NCBI RefSeq assembly: GCF_035594765.1
Contig: NC_085847.1
Span: forward strand, 5,766,001-5,830,000
Origin: Anolis carolinensis
Lineage: Eukaryota
DNA length: 64,000 bases
Direction: 5' to 3'
Positions 1-10,820 of this stretch are shown here, piece by piece (position 1 is the first letter of the stretch; the number at the start of each line of letters is the position of its first letter). The translations under genes and the position numbers were made by a program. The notes under the pieces were generated by a model that was given only the letters and a program-made list of their open reading frames with translations, was not told the DNA's origin and made no database searches.

Positions 1-169
1 CCAGAACATCATGTCATACAACAAATTTTACAGAAAAAGTAGTTCAATACGCAGAGATGCTATGGAGTAATTACTGTATTTACAAATTTAGCACCAAAAT
101 ACACGATTTATTGAAAACATTGACTACAAAAATGTGTTGGATAAGCGAGTGTTGGGTGAGACTCTACTG
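1..169 (-). mobile_element. Tc1/mariner-type non-autonomous MITE (partial)
   Basis: Ends in the TIR GTGAGACTCTACTG followed by TA; reverse complement of the family at 60442 and 62784. Confidence 0.8.
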
Positions 170-420
170 TATTATTATTACAATTATATCATTATATCAT
201 CACCACCATTATCACTATATAATTCTTATTTTATATTATTATTACAATTATCTTATATATTATTGTAATTATTATTCTATAGTATTATATTATATTGCTA
301 TTATTACAGTTATATAATATATAATAGAATTGTAATAATCATGATAATATAGTAATATATAATATCGTCACCACATATGACTATTATTATCATACAGTTG
401 TTATTTTATTATTACAATTA

Positions 421-755
421 AAAGTAAAAATAAAGGTTTCCCCTGACGTTAAGTCCAGTCGTGACCGACTCTGAGGGTTGGTGCTCATCTCCATTTCTAG
501 GCCGAAGAGCCGGCGTTGTCCATAGACATCTCCAGGTCATGTGGCCACTGGCATGACTGCATGGAGCGTCGTTACCTTCCCGCCGGAGTGGTACCTATTG
601 ATCTACTCACATTTGCATGTTTTCGAACTGCTAGGTTCGCAGGAGCTGGGGCTAACAGCGGGGGCTCATTCCGCTCCCGGGATTTGAACCTGCGACCTTT
701 TGGTCTGCAAGTTCAGCAGCTCAGTGCTTTAACACACTGTGCCACCAGGGGCCCC
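421..755 (-). mobile_element. Sauria SINE
   Basis: tRNA-like head at the right end, ACCTTT-type tail at the left, probable ACAATTA target-site duplication; same family as 24125 and 40723. Confidence 0.85.
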
Positions 756-2124
756 ACAATTATCTTATATATTATTATAATTATTTTTCTATAGTATTAT
801 ATATTATTGTTATCATTATACTGTTCTATAATATATAATAGAATTGTAATAATCATAATAATATATAGTAATCTATAATATCATTGTCACAATTTATGAC
901 TATTATCGTCATACAGTTCTTATTTTATATTATTATTACCATTATATTATTTTATATTATTTTTATTATATTTATTTATGCCCCCCCCCCCAAAGGGGAC
1001 TCAAAGCAGCTTAACATTAAAAAAAATTAAAAAACAAAACAAATCTAATGTGTGGAAGGAAAGGCGGGGGAAAAAGTGGAATTTTCCCTTTTCTAAGCAA
1101 GGAAATGAGTAAGAAATACACCTTTTTTCCACATTAAGGAAGTGTTTATTTGGGAGGCCCGCCTTGACAACGCCACCATTTCCCTTCTATGGAAACATGA
1201 GCAAAAAAGCCTGCTTTATAAATAGTAGGATGGAGAGAAACATAGAATACCCCCCCCCCATGAGGAATGGTACAGTCTGTTTTGTATGTTTCTCTATGAC
1301 AGTGGACAGTACCACTTGGGAACATTGAGGAGAACTGTGCAAGATTCCCCTCCAAATGAGACATGGTTTGGCCCTCTCCCTGTGCTTTCCTATTGCAGTT
1401 TTCATCAACCCCCCCCCCCGACTGAGGAATGGTTCGATCCTTTTTCTGTGTCACTGTATTGCAGTGGACCTCACCATTTGGAAACGCTGGGGGAGCCTAA
1501 GGTGCCCAGGAGGGCAAACCCCCACAAAGAGGAATGGTACAGTCCCATGTCTGCATCACTGTATTGCAGTGGAGCGTACCATTTGGGCAAAACAGGGGAG
1601 TTTGTATATGAAGAACTCCCAAATTGGGTCTCGCCAAGGTCTTTGTCAATGGGAACAAAGGCTATCTGTCTCTATTCATTCTTCCTTGGAACACAGTGTC
1701 CATTTGCTGGGCCTTTGTCGACCCAGCGCCTCACTGTCGCCTCGGTTTTTGGCATCCACTTCCCCCATTTCGTCACTTATCACCCCTTTTCTAATTCAAA
1801 ATATTAGCTGGGTCCCCAAGAGGTCAGCTAGACTGATCCGCTTCCGTCAAAGGCCTTCGATAGTTGACCAAAAGCCTCAAAATTGACTTCAAGCTTTACA
1901 TTCCACTGTATATATTATAAATAATAAATAATACAAGTCCAAACTATGCATCCCACTGTATTAGAAACAAAACAATAATAATAAAATAAATACACAAAAA
2001 TAATACAAGTCCAAACTATGCATCCCACTGTAGTAATATCTATGTATCTTTGTATCCCATGGTCTTAGAAATAATAATACATAAAAATAATACAAGTCAA
2101 AACAAGACATTCCAACTAATTAGA

Positions 2125-2156
<32 letters not shown>

Positions 2157-2346
2157 GAAATGATCTATATCAAAGCTAGATATCCCATGTATTATTAAAA
2201 ATAATAACATTATCATTAAAATAAAAATAAAAATACAAGTCAAAACTATACCTTTCATCTTATAAATAATATCAATTCAATTATTTTTAATACACAATAA
2301 AATAAATAAAATTAAGGTAAGTCAAAGCTAGACATCCCATGTTACA

Positions 2347-2394
<48 letters not shown>

Positions 2395-2804
2395 GCTCTT
2401 CCATTTCCATATTAAGATATAATCTTACGAAGCCAAACAGATGCCGATTTTTATTCTTTCTATTTATAAAACCTCATTAATTGAAAAATAAATATATATG
2501 GGGAATTAAGGCCCAAAATCCCCTTGTCATGCTCTCATGTGAGACAGCGCATTAGGACTGATTTCCCACCCAAAAAACGGGGCTATTTTTAGGTCCCTTT
2601 GGAGCATCTGGATCCCAAAAAGATTATATATAGAGATATTATACAAGACACATGTGTTTCCCTCCCGCTTTCCCTCCTTTGCATCTGGATTACAGAGCAT
2701 TTTTTTCTTTTTAAATAAGAGCCGTTTGCGAGCGAGTGAAAACGGAGAAAAAAGAGATGCCCAAAGCCCCTGACCTGCTTTGACTCCGTAATCTGTCCAA
2801 GCCC

Positions 2805-4430
2805 TTTTTCATGTAATAGTTGCAATAGTTGAGAGGAATCAATGGCATATTTTGGGTGCATATGTGAAATAGCTAGGTGCAATAGTTTAGGTGCATTGAT
2901 GGAATAATTTCAGTGCAGATGTGAAATACTTGAAATAGTTTAGACGTGTCAGTGGAATAATTTTGGCGCAGAAGTCCAACCATTAGTGCAATAGTTGCAG
3001 TTTCGACGCATCAATTGGACAATTTCAGTATAGAAGTTAAATAGTTTTTGCAATAGTTTAGCTGCGTAAATGGCATACTTTGGATGCATATGTGAAATAG
3101 TCAAGTGAAATAGTTTAGATGCATAAATGGAATAATTTCACTGTATAAGTGGAATAGTTATTTGCAATAGTTTAGACGCATCAATGGCATACCTTGGGTG
3201 CACAAGTGAAATAGCCAAGAGTAATAGTTTAGATGTGTAGATGGAATAATTTCAGTGTCTAAGGGCAATAGTTATGTCAAGTAGTTTAGATGCGATACCG
3301 GCATACTTTGGTTGTATATGTGAAATAGTTTATATATGTAGATGGAGCACTTTAGGTGCCCAAGTGCAATAGTTTAGATGTGTAAATTGGGTGCATGAAA
3401 GCAATCCTTTTGCTTTTGTGTACCCGTGTGTGTCTGCACACAATCCCTTTGCGGTGGAGGACTGTGTGGTTGCCAACTGTAATGTCTGGGTTGGGAGACT
3501 GTCTGGGAAAAAGGCCTCGATCTTTCTGCCTTGGCCGTATAATTGGCCTCGTTGGCAAGTTGGGACTTGTGGCGCAAGGTGTGGGTGCTGGAGAAATGGG
3601 CCTTTGCCTGGGGATTACGGAGCATTTCCCCCCTTTCGACTAAGATCCTTTGGGGAGGGAGAGCGAGAGCGAGAGGGCCCCCAAGCCCCTGACCTGCTTT
3701 GACTCCATAATCTGTCCAAGCTCTTTTGCATGTCAAACCTCCCTCCTTTGTGGTGTCGTGCCAAAAGGGCAGCGGAAGCGGCTGGACTCACCGCCCCTCC
3801 CAGACCCAACACCCAAGTTGTGGTTCATTGCTCATGGCATCCAAAGCCAACAAGGGGGGCCCTTCCACTTGCCAACGTCACGCAAACAAGGTGCATGGAG
3901 ACATCCATGACATCAGGATATGGCCCTCGTCCCTTCGGCCCCAAAGGCGCCTCTCCCAGACGGTCTCCGAACCGTATGCCATTTACGCATCAAAACTACT
4001 ACACATACCTATGCACCCAAAGTATTCCATTGACACATCTCAACTATTTCACTTGTGCACCGAAATTATTCCATTTACATATCTAAACTATTTTACTTGA
4101 TTATTGTGCTTGTGCACCAAAAAGTATTCCATTTACACATCTTAAGTATTGCATCGAACTATTTCACTGCTGCACCTAAAGTATTCTATGTACACACCTA
4201 AACTGTTTCACCCAAAGTATGTCATTACAAACCTAAAATCTACATTTTCCACTTAGGCACCTAAAATATCCCATGTCAGGATCAAAACTACTGCATATCT
4301 TTACGGCATAAATGAGCCAAAACTATAGAAAACATGCAACAGTAGACTATTACACATAACTATTGTACGCATGCATGAAATCTATTGTACATAACAGGTA
4401 CCATAGTTACATGCACTCAACTATTTCACG
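2805..4430. repeat. Inverted pair of roughly 58-bp tandem arrays (foldback-like)
   Basis: The left array (AATAGTTTAGATGCATAAATGGAATA units, about 2805-3395) is the reverse complement of the right array (TATTCCATTTACATATCTAAACTATT units, about 3975-4430). Confidence 0.8.
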
Positions 4431-4460
4431 CCTCCATGTGTGTGTGTGTGAGGGACTCAC

Positions 4461-5120
4461 CAGCTCGTCAAGGTTGCGGAGGTGGACGAGGGCCATTTGC
4501 TGGGGCCTGGGGGGTCTCCTGGGGAGGGGCTCGTCCCGGTGGCAGCGGCGGCGCTCCTGCTCCTCCTCCTCCTCCTCCTCGGCCTCCTCCTCTTCCTGTT
4601 CCTTCTCAATCTCTTCCTCCATCTGGACCAGGGTCGGGGCCAGCATCCCAAACTTGGAGCCCCTCCGCGCGACTTCCAGGAGGCAGAGCACCACGTTCTT
4701 CTCGTTCTTCTTGAGCACCAGGTCCTCGGTCTCGAACATGAGGACGTCCGGGATGCCCAGCTCTTTGCGGCACCAGCGGATGAAGTTGGAGATGTTGTCG
4801 CGGGCCAGGAAGGAGCCCGGGGCCACGCTCCGGGCCTGGAAGACCACCTCTGCCCTGGGGACCCGGAGTGAGGCAGCCGCCTCGGGGTGGAGGGCCTCGA
4901 ATTCGGCGGCCACCCTGTTGAGGTGGTTGGCGTGGCGGCAGAGGCCGTGGCCGGTCTCCAAGGCCTCCAGGAAGCCCTCGGGCCGCACCTCCAGGTCGTA
5001 GAGGGCGTTGAGCCACTCGGCCAGGTCCTCCTTCATGGCCTCCAGGTAGGCCTCGCTGGAGCGGAAGGGGCGGATGCTGCGGCAGGCTGACCACTCGATG
5101 ACGGCCGACGGGTCGGACAT
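4461..5120 (-). CDS. GAS2L1: GAS2-like protein 1, first coding exon (calponin-homology domain); remaining exons lie left of the window
   Basis: Reads [41 protein letters not shown]...[51 protein letters not shown]...LRNLDEL, matching the GAS2L1 N-terminus. 660 nt, GTGAGT donor at 4460, CAG acceptor ending at 5144. Next to EWSR1 as in mammals. Confidence 0.93.
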
Positions 5121-5275
5121 GGCGGGCGGGTGGAGGAGGGTCACTGCGAGGGGAGAGGGACTTCGTGAGGGTCATCGTGACCATCTGACACCCAACCCAA
5201 GGAGCCCCAGGAGAGGCCCCAAAGCCACTAGAAGTGGAAATAACCCCTATACTATTACTATCACTATTATTGCTG

Positions 5276-5680
5276 CTGCAAGTCACACTCTCTCAGCCTT
5301 GGAGGAAGGCAAACCTATGTTGTTGTTACTATTGTTACAAGTCACACTCTCTCAGCCTCAGAAGTAGGTAAACCATCACCACCACTGCAAGTCACTCTCT
5401 CAGCCTTGGAGGAAGGCAATCCTATATATTATTATTATTTCTGCAAGTCACACCCTCTCAGCTTTGGAAGAAGGCAAACTTATATTAATACTACTACTAG
5501 TGCTGCAAGTCACACTCGCAGCCGTGGAGGAAGGCAAACCATTATCATCATCATCATCATCATTACTATTATTACTGCTGCTAGTCACACTCTGTCAGCC
5601 TGGGAGGCAAACCCATGTTATTACTTTTACTTTTATTGCCGCTGCAAGTCACACTCCCTGCCAGGCAGAGTGGGCCCGGC
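5276..5680 (+). repeat. Minisatellite with a roughly 40-bp conserved core and variable trinucleotide spacers
   Basis: CTGCAAGTCACACTCTCTCAGCCTTGGAGGAAGGCAAACC in about 7 copies. Confidence 0.8.
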
Positions 5681-6789
5681 TTCCAGGTGGAGAAACGGCC
5701 TGCCTTTTGGCCGGGATCCCAGCCTGGAATGACTCACACCGTCAGCCACGTCTGCCTTCCGCTCCCAAAAAAGACCTTTTGCTTTATCCCACCCGTGAGT
5801 CACACTCTCTCAGCCTCTGATCCTCAACACGCTCTGCCTCATGAACCCCATTCTATATTCTTATTGTATGATTATTCTGACATATTATTATATCCTTATA
5901 TATCAACATCAATATCTATATAATATCATTATATATTATATGATACTTTATTATATAGTATAATACTGATCTATACATATATAATATTTTAGAATTACCA
6001 TACAATAATATACAATACTGACTTATAAATATAATATAATAATATAGCATTATAAAAGTAAAAGAATATAATGATATATATACTAATATAAGTTATACAA
6101 TAATATGTAATAAAGGATATCATAATCATGAAATAATATAACAGTAATTTATAATGACTATATATACATATACACACACACATATATACACATATAATAC
6201 AAATTTATAATAATAATAATATAGAATATTGAGATGAAATATGTCTAATATAAAATAGAATACTCATATATAAATATAATAATATTGTAACAATCATATA
6301 TACATATATAAAAATAAAACATCCTTTGCTGTAAGAGCTTGGGATCTAAGTTCAAATAATATTTGTATATAATCATAATCAGAATAATATATAAAACTAA
6401 ACAAGCAATATTTTATATCCTCATCATCCTCATCGTCAGATTGAAAAATAAACGAGCAATATTCTAATATGACAGTTTATATTAAAAAGCAATGTTTTAT
6501 GTATAGATCCAATGTATACGAGTAACAGTTGTGTGTATATATATATATGAGGAATATTTGTATATAAATATATGAAGTAATTATATACAAATCAAGAATA
6601 TTACCTCTACAGTATCTATATAGTCATAATATAACCATGTAATATAATAATCCTAGATCTCTCGATCTTGGTATTTGGAGTCACCTGAGCAGCCATGTTT
6701 TGGGGGGTGAAAGGTCAGGAGTCACCCAGCTTCTTGGTTGTCCTCATGCTGCAAAGGCCGGCGGCGGCCGCAAGCAAGAAGGGTCATGG

Positions 6790-7400
6790 CCAGAAGGAAG
6801 AACGAGAGAGAAAAGAGAAGGAAAGAATGAATGGAAGGAAGGAGGAGAGAGAGAGAGGAGGGGAAGGAGAGGAAGAAGAAGGCAGGGAGGAAAGGAGAGC
6901 AAGAGAAATCGGAGAAAAAAGAGGGAAAGAAGGGATCAAGGGAAGGGAGAGAAAGAAGGAAAGAATCAAGGGAGAGGAGAGAAAGAGATAAATCGGAGAA
7001 AAAGGAGAGAAGGAGAGAAAGAGGGATCAAGCTGAGAAAAGGAAGGAAAGAAGGGATCAAGGGAGAAAAAGGAAGAGGGAAGGGAGAGAAGGAAGGGAGG
7101 AATGAAATAGAGAGAATGAAAGAGTGCCAAGGAAGGTGTGTGTGTGTGTGGGGGGGGTGTTCTGCCCTTCTCCTTCTTCCTTCCCTTCCTCCTTCCCTTC
7201 TTCCTCCCGGCCGCTCTGGCTTCTTTTGCTGGGAAGAGAAGAAGGGGAGGGGGAGGAGGAGGAAGAGGAGGAGCTCTGGGTGGATGGAGGGAAAGAAGGA
7301 AGGAGGGAGAGAGAGAGAGGGAAAGCTCAATGGCTGCCCTTGCTTTCCCTTCCCTTCCCTTTTGGCCTCGGAAAAAGAAGAGGAGGAGCCTCCGCCCGCC
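6790..7400. repeat. Polypurine (GA-rich) low-complexity tract
   Basis: Nearly pure A/G on the plus strand with one CT-rich inversion; a similar tract lies at 21560-21760. Confidence 0.85.
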
Positions 7401-7882
7401 TGCCCAAGAGAAACACACGCAGGGATTATTAGGATTCAGATTCGTAATACATAAATGTTATTCATTAGCCCTTAGGCCAGATCCCCAGACCAAACCAAAT
7501 CCAAGTATTATTATTACGATTTGATACACAACAAGATGAGTACACAGCAAACAAGACCACTCTGCCAGCTGTTGTATTATATTATTAATTAATATTATTA
7601 TATTATACGGTTGCATTTATGGGATTATGTCATCACAATACAGACAAGCCAGATTTGTCTATCATGATCACACGAACGAGCAGATTCATCTTATTAGGAT
7701 ATCAAATACGGCTCATTCCTATTATTAATATATAAATATGAATGAGACATATTTTATATAATCATAATCATCATATTCTAGAAAAACAAATAAAGAGATG
7801 TTCCCCTTTGGGAAGTTTTGTGCTGGGAAATCCCCTTGACTCTCTTCTTGTTCCTCATAGGTTTACGTCTAATAAGAAGAAA

Positions 7883-7922
<40 letters not shown>

Positions 7923-8264
7923 ATCTCCTTCTGGTCTGCGCCGAAACAAATACTAAATAATGAAAGGCCGGCCTTTGAATAATTCAGTGTCATCTGTAAT
8001 GCAATGCCCACAAAAGGTAAGGCAATACCTGTGGAAAAGAATTGCCTTTGAGAACCACCGCATCTCCATTGAGATCAAGCAGGAGAGAAATACATATTAT
8101 ATGTATTTATATATATCCTATTATTCTTTTATTATATTCTATTTTTTAATTTGGAAATCCCAAGTGCTCCAAAATGGTAAATTACCATTGCTATTATTAC
8201 TATATTTATATTATTATTATTATATTTTATTTTTTATAATCATGATGATGCTTATGATGATGTT

Positions 8265-8960
8265 AAGCTCAGCATTGGAATACAAATAATCATTATTCCT
8301 GTTATCATTATTCTAAGCTTAACAGAGATAAAAATACCTTTATTAATGATAATAATAATGTTTGGCTCAACCTTGGGATAAAAAGACATCATTATTGTTC
8401 TAAAATCGACACTGGGTTAAAAAATACTTTATCATTTTTATTATTCTAAGCTCAACATTGGGATAAAAATACATATTATTATTATCTGATCATTGGGAAG
8501 ATACATTATTACAATTCTAAGCTCGACTGGGATATTTTATTATTCTAAGATCAATATTGGGATAATAATACATTGTTTTTATTATTCTAAGCTCAACATT
8601 GGGAAAAATACATTAATATTGTAATTAGCTGATCATTGGGAAGATACATTATTATTACTATTCTAAGCTCAACTTTGGGATAATACTTTATTATTCTTCT
8701 AAGAGCAATATTGGGAAAATAATACATTGTTTTTATGATTCTAAGCTCAACATTGGGAAAAATACATTAATATTGTAATTAGCTGATCATTGAGAAGATA
8801 CATTATTATTACTATTCTAAGCTCAACATTGGGATAATACTTTATTATTCTTCTAAGAGCAATATTGGGAAAATAATACATTGTTTTTATGATTCTAAGC
8901 TCAACATTGGGATAAAAATACATTATTTATTATCTCAACATTGGGATCAAAATACAAATA
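8265..8960 (+). repeat. AT-rich minisatellite of about 40 bp
   Basis: ATTCTAAGCTCAACATTGGGATAA-type units with a higher-order duplication near 8580-8930. Confidence 0.85.
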
Positions 8961-9422
8961 ATAATAATAATCCTTTGGATGTCTTCCTTGGAGGCATTTG
9001 TACTCAATTACTCTGACATTGCGATTGCGTTTTCTCTCTGGCTGACCTGCTCTGTCCTCCCTTTCCGTTGTCTTTGGCCCTTTCTTTCCTCGACATCTGA
9101 ACGTACTGAACTGCCTGGAAAAACGAGAGGGTTTCCTCGTAGCGTCACAGATCTGTCGCTTCCCATCCTCTTCCTGGAAGCCGACCTGTCCGGTGCCATT
9201 AACGTCTCTCTCCAGCCATCTTCCTCTGAAGCACCTCTTCCAGGAAACACAAATGGAATATTTATCCCAATTTTTGGGAAAGACAGTGAGCGTCCCATAT
9301 GAACGAGAGGTATAATATATAGTAATAGTAATAAATTTAAATGCTAAGCTGCCATCTAGTTATCATAATAAAATCTCACAGGCTTTGAAGATTGAATAAA
9401 ATATAGCTTAGTAATTTATATG

Positions 9423-9936
9423 CCGTATATACTCGAGTATAAGCCGAGGCACCTAATTTTACCACAAAACAACTGGGAAAACATTGACTCCAGTATAAGC
9501 CGAGATACCAATAAAATTACATTGATTGAGGTCTCAGTAGTTTAAATGTTTTTGAATCTTTATCTCAAACTGTAATTGAAGATAGGACTGTTCAACTCTG
9601 ATTAAATCATTATTTTCATCTTCTTCAATGTAAATGTGCTTATGTATCCCTTTAATAATAATAGAGTGAAATAATAAATATAATAATTAAAACAGTAAAA
9701 TAAATGTAAAAGTAACAATAAGAGTAAAATAATAATTGCAATAATAATTAATAGAGTAAAATAATAAATGTAACAATACCAATAATAAGAGAAAAATAAT
9801 AAATATACCATATATACTTGAGTATAAGCCGACCTGAATATAAGCCCACCAGGACCCTCACCCGATTATAAGCCGAGGTTTTTTTCCAGTCCTAAAAAAG
9901 GGCTGAAAAACTAGGCTTATACACGAGTATATACAG
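9423..9936. mobile_element. Tc1/mariner-superfamily (Tc2/pogo-like) non-autonomous DNA transposon
   Basis: Terminal inverted repeats CCGTATATACTCGAGTATAAGCC ... GGCTTATACACGAGTATATACAG then TA; internal copies of the TIR motif. Confidence 0.75.
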
Positions 9937-10499
9937 TACTTAATACTCTATATACTTATTAATACTCTATATGCTTATAAGTACTCTATATGCTTATTAG
10001 TACACTATATGCTGATTATTAGTTTTTTATATCATTATTATTCTCTATATGCTTATTATTTTATATGCTTCCTTTTTCAAAATTGTCAAAATCCAGTCGA
10101 ATACAGATATTCTGCTGTCAAATCAAATAAAATATAATAGAAGTTTATAGTCACTGACATACTTTATTTCTATTCCTATAATAATAATAAAAATTATTAT
10201 TTTATGGTCCCAGCTCCATAAATGGAAGTCAATTCCTAGCCAATTTCTTGGACGTTTTGGGGACAAACTCGCAGACGAGGTTTCGGCGAGCACAAAGGGA
10301 TTCTTGCTGCTGTTGCCAAGACAAGCTAACCAAGGGTTGCATTTAGAAACATTTGGAAGTTTATTATTTTTTAGAAAAGAAAACATCACAAACCAGGAAA
10401 ACATAGTTAACAGTTCCAAACTCCTCCTTCCTCCCTTCCTTAATTCATTCCTCCGGGAGGGGGTGCCTTTCTTACAACAGACCGATACTGGGCATGCGC

Positions 10500-10820
10500 A
10501 CAACAAAACAGTTTTATTTCTTTGCACTTAAAACAACCATTTTTATTATTATTATCATTTTAAAAAATCCCAAACAAAGGGAAACAAAGAAGAAGAACTC
10601 GGCACACGACCGTTAAGCTTTGTGTTTTAATGTTTCTCCCACAAAACGGTGAAAAATACTAAAGTACAGACAAGGAATCATCGTCGTCGTCATAATGTCG
10701 CCCGGAGCCAACATTATAAATATGGAATTATAAATTTAAAACATTTTTTCTGGTTTAAAAAATAAATCTGGTAGTAAATGCAGTCCGGCGGTGGGGAGAG
10801 AGGGAAGGAGGGACTTCCTG
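10500..10820 (-). terminator. EWSR1: EWSR1 3' UTR with tandem poly(A) signals
   Basis: ATTAAA at 10626-10631 and AATAAA at 10513-10518 on the minus strand. The AU-rich UTR resembles the mammalian EWSR1 UTR from recall. Confidence 0.7.

Noticed and set aside
1186-1886. ORFs of 173 and 176 aa in the GAS2L1 intron
   Set aside because: They span three degenerate local repeats (GAGGAATGGTACAGTC...GCAGTGGA), with no recognisable domain or splice support.
5276-5680. CRISPR array
   Set aside because: Vertebrate intronic context, spacers are simple trinucleotide repeats, the core is degenerate, and there are no cas genes.
6695-7524. Long E/K/R-rich and F/L/S-rich ORFs
   Set aside because: They are translations of a GA-rich low-complexity tract with no domain signal. 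A non-coding GAS2L1 first exon may lie here (donor-like sites near 6684 and 6725) but cannot be fixed from sequence alone.
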